Shown one piece after another: positions 7,750-15,145 of a stretch of DNA of 15,871 nt. Location of the stretch: the NCBI GenBank assembly GCA_046754105.1, contig JBHHVD010000076.1, forward strand, positions 1 to 15,871, written 5' to 3'. Source of the stretch: Candidatus Krumholzibacteriia bacterium (GTDB taxonomy: Bacteria > Krumholzibacteriota > Krumholzibacteriia > WVZY01). Below the pieces are notes generated by a model. That model made no database searches. It was not told the DNA's origin and was given only the letters and a program-made list of their open reading frames with translations. A program made the translations under genes and the position numbers. Every line of letters starts with the position of its first letter. Positions within the stretch are counted from its first letter, which is position 1.

Positions 7750-8364
7750 ATGGCCGGACGAACAGGCAGATATCATCACGGCGACCTTCGAGCGGCTCTG
7801 CTCGCCGAAGCCGCCGCCATGATTGCAGATGGAGGGGTTTCGAGCGTGACGATGCGGGCGATAAGCGGGCGCCTCGGCGTGTCGCGGGCTGCGCCCTATC
7901 GGCACTTTACGGACAAATCGGCGCTCCTCGTTGCGGTTGCCGCGGCCGGCTTCGAGCACCTCAAGAACCGCCTGCAGGCGATTGACGCGGGGGCCCCCGG
8001 ATCGAGCGTCGAGCGCTTCCGGCGCATGGGCGAGGCGTATGTGCGCTTCGCTCTCGAGAATCCCGCGCATTACCGATTGATGTACGGCAAAGAAGCGCTC
8101 GCTCGACGCGACGTACCGGAGTTGCGCGAGGCGGGAGACGCCTTGCTCGCCTTGTTGGTCGGCGTGGTGCAGGCGCACCAGCACAGCGGAGGGATCAAGC
8201 GCCGGGATCCGCTCACCCAGGCCTACGTGATGTGGAGCGCCGTACACGGTCTAGCGTCGTTGCTCGTCGACGGACAGATCGAGGCCAACGACGTTGACGG
8301 GCTGATCCGGCAGACCACGCGAACCCTCCTGGATGGGTTGCGCGTTCGCCACCAGGGCCCGTGA
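7750..8364 (+). CDS. TetR/AcrR family transcriptional regulator (WHG-type C-terminal domain)
   Basis: 'YHHGDLRAALL', HTH 'VTMRAISGRLGVSRAAPYRHFTDKSALL', 'YVRFALENPAHYRLMYG', 'WSAVHGLASL'. ATG 7750 is 6 nt after the -10, so probably leaderless. Confidence 0.95.
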   Translation: MAGRTGRYHHGDLRAALLAEAAAMIADGGVSSVTMRAISGRLGVSRAAPYRHFTDKSALLVAVAAAGFEHLKNRLQAIDAGAPGSSVERFRRMGEAYVRFALENPAHYRLMYGKEALARRDVPELREAGDALLALLVGVVQAHQHSGGIKRRDPLTQAYVMWSAVHGLASLLVDGQIEANDVDGLIRQTTRTLLDGLRVRHQGP

Positions 8365-8434
8365 GCGTGCTCGCGAAACGCCCCCCGCAAATCCAGCCCG
8401 CCGTCGTCATCCAGGGGCGTGGGGCCCGGACAAG

Positions 8435-8551
8435 TCACTTCGCGCCAAACGACGCCTCGATCGCGCCGATGGTTCGGCGCATGTCGACGATCGGCACGTC
8501 GAGCGCTACCATGCTCCAGTTCATTGGATAGAGCGGATGAGCACCCAACGG
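8435..8551 (-). pseudogene. Probable headless C-terminal gene fragment
   Basis: Reads 'PLGAHPLYPMNWSMVALDVPIVDMRRTIGAIEASFGAK*' with GC-rich third positions; family not recognised. Confidence 0.35.
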
Positions 8552-8553
8552 GC

Positions 8554-8643
8554 GTTCAACACGGCGGGTACGGCGAGGTCGTTGAAACCGTCCAGATTGA
8601 CGGCGGCTCAACGCCGATGACGCTCGACTTCGGTTTATCGTGA
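8554..8643 (+). pseudogene. Probable headless C-terminal fragment of a carboxypeptidase-regulatory/PEGA-like beta domain
   Basis: 'VQHGGYGEVVETVQIDGGSTPMTLDFGLS*' fits the GY...V.V..G....DF.L ending of such domains. Confidence 0.4.
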
Positions 8644-8651
8644 CTCAGCAT

Positions 8652-9077
8652 TCAATGTTTTTTGCCAAAAGTGTTTCTAACTCGGACCGATTGTTTGAAA
8701 TATTTCGTCCAAATTATCGCCCATCCTAGCGAGAAAGTGACTATTCCTAGAAGCGTCGGCATTGCGCCAAGCAGTCTCTCACGGCTCACCGGAGGCTGGC
8801 CCTCTTCATGAAATAAAAGGCCACTTACTATACGCAGAGTCAACAAGATCGCTGCACTCCACAACATAGCGATATTCCACTGCGGTGCTTTGGCGGATTT
8901 CAGTAGAATGAGCAATACTGGAATTGTAAGTAAGAGGAGGATTGCGAGCAAAAGAACAATGGGATACTCGAAAAACCATCCGGAAAGGCCCGCCGAATAG
9001 AACATTAGGACGGGGATCGAACCGATGATGTAGACCAATAGCCAACCCTTTCTGCCTTCCACACTTTCTCCTGCCAT
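8652..9077 (-). CDS. DUF2569-like small membrane protein
   Basis: N-terminal 'KGWLLVYII', four TM helices, C-terminal 'IIWTKYFKQSVRVRNTF'; GAGG RBS; visibly more AT-rich than its neighbours. Confidence 0.75.
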   Translation of the reverse strand: MAGESVEGRKGWLLVYIIGSIPVLMFYSAGLSGWFFEYPIVLLLAILLLLTIPVLLILLKSAKAPQWNIAMLWSAAILLTLRIVSGLLFHEEGQPPVSRERLLGAMPTLLGIVTFSLGWAIIWTKYFKQSVRVRNTFGKKH

Positions 9078-9233
9078 CAGAACCTCGCTTCTTGTTAATT
9101 GGGAAACTCGCGTCTAAATTCAATCGATGCAAACGGCCTGACTTCTACTTCAACCGCAACCGCCAAACTGCCGTGGTATGATAACGATTCATGGAACCTG
9201 GTGCCGCCGAGGACGTTCAGAGAACCCTCGGTA

Positions 9234-9275
9234 TTGACATTGTCAACATGAACGAGGGTGTTGACCGTGTCAACA
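9234..9275. promoter_or_regulatory. Second pair of the same TetR-type operator (paralogous control region)
   Basis: TTGACA-T-TGTCAACA (9234-9248) and TGTTGACC-G-TGTCAACA (9259-9275); the flanks also align with 7678-7740. Confidence 0.8.
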
Positions 9276-9601
9276 TCCTTTGCGATCTAATCCCAGCTTC
9301 CCTCTCTTGAGGGTCAGCGGAGCATATCGAAAAGCGCCATCCGCCCGCGGAGTATGAGGAAGTGTCTTATCAGCCGGAGGAGACCCCAGCCATGGTCGCT
9401 GGAGTCACGTAACCAGGTCTCCGGAGAAACCGGGGCGGTTCACCTCAGTCATTCTTTTGCCGATAGAGCCGCAGTCGTGGCGCTGACCCGGAAATTCCTA
9501 TTCCCGGTTGAGATTTGATCCGTTAATCTCTGTATCAGGCGGCGGGCTCTGGCGCGCCGGAAACAACAATCGCTGCTTTCCACCAACCGAGGGGGACATC
9601 T

Positions 9602-10729
9602 ATGATAAGCGCTTCCACACCCCAACCCGCATCGATTCTCCGTCTCCTCATTTGCGTGCTCGGAGTTCTAGCTGTCGCGGTCGTTCTATCGTGCGGCAAT
9701 GACGCGACGGCGCCCGCCGATCGCCAAGGGGCGACCGGCGGCAACACACTTGGCAAGATCGCCGTAACGGTGTCGGGCATGCCCGCCGGCCTGGATGCGG
9801 ATGTCAACGTGGTCGGCACCGCCGACTCATTCCACGTCACGTCGTCGACCACCCTCGACAGCCTCACGCCCGGCACATACGACATTTCCGCCCTCGACGT
9901 CGTCGACCCGGTTCTCCCCGTTATTTGGGAGCCGATGCTGTCGGCGTCCCAATTGACGGTCACCGCCAGTAACACATCGAGCGTTACGGCGGCGTACGAT
10001 TCGGTCCGCACGCTGATCCACACCGAGCTGCGCACCGCGGACGGCTTTAACGGCGTCTATGCCAAGGGTGACTACGGTATTCTCGACCAGCCTGAGGACC
10101 GTCCGGAATTCAACGGAGCGCCATTCGTGGCCAACCCGTGCGGTTCGGGCTGGAGCGGCGGGTTCTCTATTGCAAAAGACGTAGGACAGGTCCACGCGGA
10201 ACTCGACGGCGCGTTTGCCGATGTGAATTTCCGGGCCGCGTTACCCGACATACGAACGATCCGCATCTCCTGGACGGCTACGTCGGACCCCGTGTTTCAG
10301 GGAAAAACCGGATATTTGACATCGGGATTCTCCGAGCTGCCGTACCCTCATTTCTACGGTGACGTGTTCAACCCCCAGGGCGACAGCTTGCGCGTCACGA
10401 TTGAATGGAGTGCTGTGCTTCATGGAACGCCCAATCCGGTATCGAGCCAATACGCAGCCCGCTCAGCGGCGACTTCGACCGTCGCCGCATGGGATTGCAA
10501 TACCCTTGTTTTCGGTCAGGAGCTATTCCGAATGTCAACGCAAGGAGCGCAGCCAGACACGCTGACGGACGCTGGAACCGTTTCGTTTGGCACGCGCTCT
10601 ACTCAAATATTGCTCAGGATCAATCTGTCAGCCAGTGCAACGGGCCGGGTCCAGCACTTGGATGGTATATCGCTCCACGCCGACGCTTCGGGCTGGGTGA
10701 AAATCAGTGTCAACGAGGTGGCACCGTAG
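9602..10729 (+). CDS. Lipoprotein of unknown function (375 aa, beta-rich)
   Basis: GAGGGGG RBS; hydrophobic h-region and lipobox VVLS-C; 'LDSLTPGTYDISA' Ig-like segment. Confidence 0.8.
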   Translation: MISASTPQPASILRLLICVLGVLAVAVVLSCGNDATAPADRQGATGGNTLGKIAVTVSGMPAGLDADVNVVGTADSFHVTSSTTLDSLTPGTYDISALDVVDPVLPVIWEPMLSASQLTVTASNTSSVTAAYDSVRTLIHTELRTADGFNGVYAKGDYGILDQPEDRPEFNGAPFVANPCGSGWSGGFSIAKDVGQVHAELDGAFADVNFRAALPDIRTIRISWTATSDPVFQGKTGYLTSGFSELPYPHFYGDVFNPQGDSLRVTIEWSAVLHGTPNPVSSQYAARSAATSTVAAWDCNTLVFGQELFRMSTQGAQPDTLTDAGTVSFGTRSTQILLRINLSASATGRVQHLDGISLHADASGWVKISVNEVAP

Positions 10730-10825
10730 TTTCGTAGCGCGTGCCGTTCAACAGTCCTTGATCAATAGCCTGTAACGCGGACCGGTACGTTGCGATTGGT
10801 CATAGAGCGCATCTCCAAAAAGCTC

Positions 10826-10854
10826 TGGACAGCGGGTATAATTACGGCTATTTT
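10826..10854 (+). promoter_or_regulatory. Probable leaderless promoter of the AAA ATPase gene
   Basis: TGGACA (10826-10831), 17 bp, TATTTT (10849-10854), with ATG 6 nt later and no RBS. An additional TATAAT lies at 10837-10842. Confidence 0.5.
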
Positions 10855-10860
10855 ACCTAC

Positions 10861-12018
10861 ATGTTCGAACGTGTCCTTGGCAATCAGTTGAAAGTGGGTA
10901 AACGCAGCACGCTGGTTCTGGGACCCCGGCAGGTCGGAAAATCCACCCTGCTCGGTAATCTCAAACCGGACCTGACGGTCAACCTGGCCAGCCCCACAGC
11001 GTTCCGGGACTATGCCACCCACCCGGAGAGACTGGAGCACGAACTTCGTGCGGCTGGTAACGATGTGCGCACTGTATTCATCGACGAAGTGCAGCGCGTT
11101 CCGGCTCTGCTGGATATGGTCCAGGTTTTTCTCGACGAGCACCCCAGGCGCTTCCGTTTTCTTCTGTCCGGTTCGAGCGCCCGGAAACTCAAAAGAGGTC
11201 AGGCCAATCTGCTTCCGGGTCGCATTCACGTCCACTACCTCCACCCTCTACTCGCTTGCGAGCTGCGTCAGCAATTTGACGTAGACCGGGTCCTGGCCCA
11301 CGGCACACTTCCTGGTGTCTATTCCGAGCCCGACCAAACGACCCGTGAGGCTGACCTACGAAGCTACGCGGATACTTATTTACGTGAGGAAGTACAGGCA
11401 GAAGCTCTCGTACGCAACATCGGTGGCTACGGGCGCTTGCTCGAACTGGTCGCCGCGTCGTCCGGAAAAATTCTCAATCTCAATTCCCTGTGCCGCGACG
11501 CTGCGTTGAGTTATGAGACTGCACGGCGATATGTCGAGGTGTTGGAAGATACGCTTGTCGTGTTCCGGGTTCCCGCTTGGAGCGGATCCGACCGTACAAG
11601 CCTCGTATCCCACCCAAAGCTGTTTTTGTTTGACCTCGGCGTCAGGAACGCACTGTTGCGCCGCCCCCTGGATAGAGCGCTTGATGATGAACGGGGATTC
11701 CTGCTCGAGCATCTTGTCGCTTACGAAATGCATCGCAGACTTGGCAACACTCTTCCGAGAGCTGCGTTGTATTACTATCGCACTCGCCATGGCTCCGAAG
11801 TGGATTTCGTCCTTGAAGTCGATCGGGAGCTTTGGGCCATCGAGATCAAAGCGGGACGCCGAATCGACCGCACGGCGCTCAGAGGTTTTGAATCGCTCTC
11901 GGATCGGACCCGGCGGCTGAAAAGACGAATTGTCGTATTTCTGGGCCCTCGCAAGCAGAAGATTGAAAACGTGGAAGTCCTCCCGCTGATTTCGTTCCTG
12001 AATGAACTCCCGAGCTAG
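10861..12018 (+). CDS. AAA+ ATPase (AAA_14) with C-terminal DUF4143 / PD-(D/E)XK-like domain
   Basis: Walker A GPRQVGKST, Walker B VFIDEVQ, 'LSGSS', 'LPGR', 'HPKLFLFDLGV', 'YYRTRHGSEVDFV', 'AIEIK'. Confidence 0.93.
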   Translation: MFERVLGNQLKVGKRSTLVLGPRQVGKSTLLGNLKPDLTVNLASPTAFRDYATHPERLEHELRAAGNDVRTVFIDEVQRVPALLDMVQVFLDEHPRRFRFLLSGSSARKLKRGQANLLPGRIHVHYLHPLLACELRQQFDVDRVLAHGTLPGVYSEPDQTTREADLRSYADTYLREEVQAEALVRNIGGYGRLLELVAASSGKILNLNSLCRDAALSYETARRYVEVLEDTLVVFRVPAWSGSDRTSLVSHPKLFLFDLGVRNALLRRPLDRALDDERGFLLEHLVAYEMHRRLGNTLPRAALYYYRTRHGSEVDFVLEVDRELWAIEIKAGRRIDRTALRGFESLSDRTRRLKRRIVVFLGPRKQKIENVEVLPLISFLNELPS

Positions 12019-12068
12019 TGACCTTGAAAGCACGCCGCGTCAGACAGTCGTCACCGGATAAAAAAGAT

Positions 12069-12146
12069 TGGCGTCCCCAAGGGGATTTGAACCCCTGTTG
12101 CCGCCGTGAAAGGGCGGTGTCCTGGACCAGACTAGACGATGGGGAC
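12069..12146 (-). tRNA. tRNA-Glu (anticodon TTC)
   Basis: Reverse complement GTCCCCATCGTCTAGTCTGGTCCAGGACACCGCCC-TTTC-ACGGCGGCAACAGGGGTTCAAATCCCCTTGGGGACG-CCA; acceptor, anticodon and T stems pair; CCA encoded. Confidence 0.97.
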
Positions 12147-12257
12147 GCGTGTACTAGGTTCCAACGTGGGAAGTGCATTACAAGTACCACCCAAACCGGC
12201 GAAAGTCAAATGAAAACCCGCCTCCTGCGGACGTGCATCTAACTATGACGCAACCGG

Positions 12258-14987
12258 TTAGGTGTCGAACGGCAGCTTGAGTTGGCCCGTGTGACCGGCT
12301 CTTTTCTTGCGAGGATCCGGGCGCAGGAGCCGTACCAGCGATTTGTCCAGCTCGCCCTTGGTCTCGCCGAAGCCATCGAAGGCCCCGGCGCGGATCAAGT
12401 TGCGCACCGCCGCCCGCGAGATGCCCTTGCGGCCGAGCTTGTGGACGAAATCCTCGATCGATGTAAACCCTTTCTTGCCCCGCACGCGGACGATGAAATC
12501 CGTGGCGGCGCGATCGAGTCCCGACACCGCACACAACCCCGTCCGGATGCGGCCGTCCTCGGTAGTGAACTCGACGGAGCTGCGATTGACGTCCAGGCCC
12601 AGGACCATGTCCTGTCGCGACAGGTAATCGAGATACACCTGGAGCTTGTCCCGGTTTTCCGCGTGCGTGTTGAGGAGCGCCGCATAGAACGCGCCCCGGT
12701 GACGCACCTTCAGGAAGAAAAGCTCATAGACGAGGAGCGCGTCGGCAAAGACCCGTTCGCGGCGCATCGTCTGGTTGACGTAGTGCAGAAAGCGCTCGAA
12801 CCAGCCGTCGGCCACCTCCATCGGCACGTCGCGGTTGGCCGTTCCCTTCATGAACTCCGAGCGGAAGCTCGCCAGCATGCGTGGGTTGGCCGAGCGCAGT
12901 TCGTCGAGCATCCGCTCTGCCTGCTCGGGGCTCTTGCCCGCCAGGTGGCAGAGAATGTCGCGCAGCTGCTCGTCGTAGAGCACAAATCCCCGCGTGCGCC
13001 GCAAGATACGAAACACCTCCCGCGGGTCCGCATCGGAGAAGATCGCCCCGGCCTGAAACGATTTCAGGCGCTCGGCGACGATCTTCTGGTCGTCGCGCAC
13101 GCGCATCAGTGTTAGGAAGTTGGTCAGGTCATCCATCGACTCGAGATCTACCGATTCGCGGTGCTGTTGAATGACCTGCCCCTCGAAGAGAAAGATGCCG
13201 AGTGTTTCCCCTTCCCGTACCGCCCGCCACACGGTCGTGTCACTCCCGGGCAGCTGCTTTCTCGCGTACGCCGCCTGGTCCGGTATCCGCAGCCGCTTCC
13301 TGGCTCGGCGCACGACACCAAGCGCGGTGAGCGGCGTGAAGTCGATGCGAAAGACCGAGCCGATGGGCAGCGTGTCCCGGCTGGCGTGTATGAACACGTC
13401 CCCGGTCCGTTCGTCGACGGTATGCGCCAGTATTCCTTTGAGGTCTACGGCGGCAAGTGCGACGCTGCGCCGCGAGCGGATAATGCCGCACGGCAGGTGC
13501 TCGAGCAACGAGGCCCGGGTCAACATGTCGCGTATGGGAATGGAGCGCTTGTAGACGCTTCCGAGCTGGCGGTCGTTCTCGCACAGATTTTTGATCGGGA
13601 CCCCGGGGTTGCGCGCGACGATCTGGAGCACTTCCTGGCTATCGTCTTCTCCGACGTCCAGCACTTTCGCCACCATGCGCACGGCGCGCGCGGGTGTGAC
13701 ACGCTCGATGGACGGTGCGTGAACGAGGGCCGCCGGCCCGAGCCCTTCCGCGAGGATCCGGATGGCGGTCTCGCGGGATTCGGCGGGCAACTGAATCTCT
13801 ATCTCGCCGCGCTGCGTGCCGAACATGGGCTGGAAACCAATGTCGTATTCGTAGGGGTCGTACGACGTTATGCCGAGCACGTAGGCACAAAACGACTGCA
13901 CGGCCAGACCGGAGGCGGGCCCGAGGGTTATCCCCGAGCGCCGCAGGCGGCCGAAGACGTCGTGCCACAAGAGGAAATCGGGCACGAGCCCGGCGGCGGC
14001 GATCCCGTCGATCTCGCGCTTGATGATCGACCGGTACTGAAGGTTCTGCGAGTGGGTCAGGTCGGGGTAGCGCTCGGAGAACCCCTCCGTGCAGCGAACG
14101 AGCAGTTCCTGCTTGGCGTCCACCGGCGGTCTTATGAGCGAGGCGGGCGGGGGCAGGCTGTCGAGCAGGTCGCCGTCGATGCGCCCGGCGATCTCGGCCG
14201 CCGCCTCGTAGGCGTGGGGATAGATGCCGTGCAGGCGCACCATCTCCGCCGGCGGGCGCAGGCTGCGTTCGGGCAGGCTCTGCCCGAGCTTGAAGAAATC
14301 GTCCTCCTCGCGCGGCTTCTGGATCCCCCGCACGAGGCTGTAGACGTTTCGCATCTCGTCTGTGACGTAGCGAACCTCCTGGGTCAGGAGGGTCCGCACG
14401 TCGCACTCGCGGCCCAGCTGCAGCAGCTTTTGGGCGAGGATCTTTTCCTCGCTCTCCCCGTGATCCTGTATCTCGATAAAAAAGTTGTCCCCGAAGATCT
14501 CGCTCAGCGTCCCGATGACCGTGCGTGCCTGGTCATCTCCCCCGGCATGGGCCAGCGTCGACAGCTCGCTGCGCGCCGTCCCCGCGAATGCGACGACACC
14601 GCTCCGGTGCTCGTGTAGCTGCTCGTGTGAGAGTGCCACTCCGCTCTCGTGCGCCGCCGCCGAGAAGCTGGTCAGCGCCACCACGTTCGCCAGGCCGCCC
14701 CGGTCGAGGGCGATGAGCGTCATGGGAAAGCGGTCGCGCCCCGGCTCCACGCACGACGTATGGTGTACGACGGCCCCGTAGACGGGCTTCAAGCCGTAGC
14801 CTCTCGCCGCCAGGTGAAACTCGATGTAGCCGTAGGTGCCGTTGGTGTCGGTCAGGGCGACGGCCTGGTAGCCGGCGCGCCGGGCGTGGGCGCAGATCTG
14901 TACCGGCGTGGACAGTCCCATGCCCAGGCTATAAGAAGAGTGAACGTGCAGATGTGTGAATTCAGGGATTCCGCTGTCCGCTACCAC
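12258..14987 (-). CDS. dnaE: DNA polymerase III alpha subunit (DnaE) homologue; catalytic motifs degenerate, no OB/CTD, C-terminal clamp-binding-type motif
   Basis: PHP start 'FTHLHVHSSYSL', 'ALTD', 'FFIEIQDHG'; palm 'AYVLGITSYDP', 'RIDF'; 'GETLGIFLFEG'; 'LYDEQ'; 'FYAALLN'; 'DVNRS'; HhH 'GLCAVSGL...FTSIEDF...LIRAGAFD'; ends GQLKLPFDT. Start set at GTG 14987 behind GAGGA. Confidence 0.9.
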   Translation of the reverse strand: MVADSGIPEFTHLHVHSSYSLGMGLSTPVQICAHARRAGYQAVALTDTNGTYGYIEFHLAARGYGLKPVYGAVVHHTSCVEPGRDRFPMTLIALDRGGLANVVALTSFSAAAHESGVALSHEQLHEHRSGVVAFAGTARSELSTLAHAGGDDQARTVIGTLSEIFGDNFFIEIQDHGESEEKILAQKLLQLGRECDVRTLLTQEVRYVTDEMRNVYSLVRGIQKPREEDDFFKLGQSLPERSLRPPAEMVRLHGIYPHAYEAAAEIAGRIDGDLLDSLPPPASLIRPPVDAKQELLVRCTEGFSERYPDLTHSQNLQYRSIIKREIDGIAAAGLVPDFLLWHDVFGRLRRSGITLGPASGLAVQSFCAYVLGITSYDPYEYDIGFQPMFGTQRGEIEIQLPAESRETAIRILAEGLGPAALVHAPSIERVTPARAVRMVAKVLDVGEDDSQEVLQIVARNPGVPIKNLCENDRQLGSVYKRSIPIRDMLTRASLLEHLPCGIIRSRRSVALAAVDLKGILAHTVDERTGDVFIHASRDTLPIGSVFRIDFTPLTALGVVRRARKRLRIPDQAAYARKQLPGSDTTVWRAVREGETLGIFLFEGQVIQQHRESVDLESMDDLTNFLTLMRVRDDQKIVAERLKSFQAGAIFSDADPREVFRILRRTRGFVLYDEQLRDILCHLAGKSPEQAERMLDELRSANPRMLASFRSEFMKGTANRDVPMEVADGWFERFLHYVNQTMRRERVFADALLVYELFFLKVRHRGAFYAALLNTHAENRDKLQVYLDYLSRQDMVLGLDVNRSSVEFTTEDGRIRTGLCAVSGLDRAATDFIVRVRGKKGFTSIEDFVHKLGRKGISRAAVRNLIRAGAFDGFGETKGELDKSLVRLLRPDPRKKRAGHTGQLKLPFDT

Positions 14988-15032
14988 GCGACGGGTCCTC
15001 GCAAGACCGGTGAAACAGCTTTCGTAATTCGC

Positions 15033-15074
15033 CCCGAATATAGCACACAGGGCGGGATTCGGGCTATAATAACA
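15033..15074. promoter_or_regulatory. Cluster of divergent -10 elements between the dnaE-like gene and the secreted-protein remnant
   Basis: Minus TGcTATATT (15045-15037) and TGtTATTAT (15074-15066); plus TATAAT (15065-15070); inverted repeat CCCGAAT-N17-ATTCGGG (15033-15063). Confidence 0.45.
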
Positions 15075-15145
15075 GGGAAAGCGGTTCAGATGCTCGCGAG
15101 GCGTGTTCCGCCTTGCCCAAGCCAATCGCCCTGAGGGAGGAACGC

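Noticed and set aside
3950..8560. GTT/AAC triplets near the breakpoints at about 3955, 5682 and 8550 as integrase crossover points
   Set aside because: A 3-mer on either strand near imprecise junctions is expected by chance; no integrase in the window.
7678..9275. The two palindrome pairs as transposon ends or CRISPR repeats
   Set aside because: They are in direct orientation, there is no transposase or target duplication, and the overlap with -35 boxes beside a TetR gene explains them better.
12237..12263. ATCTAAC...GTTAGGT resembling attC R''/R' boxes
   Set aside because: Only 27 bp with no L boxes, far shorter than an attC site; overlaps the dnaE stop codon.
12282..14618. Long plus-strand ORFs (277 aa and 485 aa) opposite the dnaE-like gene
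   Set aside because: Antisense shadow frames typical of high-GC coding DNA; no recognisable motifs.
12258..14987. Calling the gene an ordinary replicative dnaE1 or error-prone dnaE2
   Set aside because: The catalytic D-x-D and dNTP-binding motifs are missing, there is no OB domain or DnaE2 SRDF-type tail, and no imuA/imuB is adjacent.
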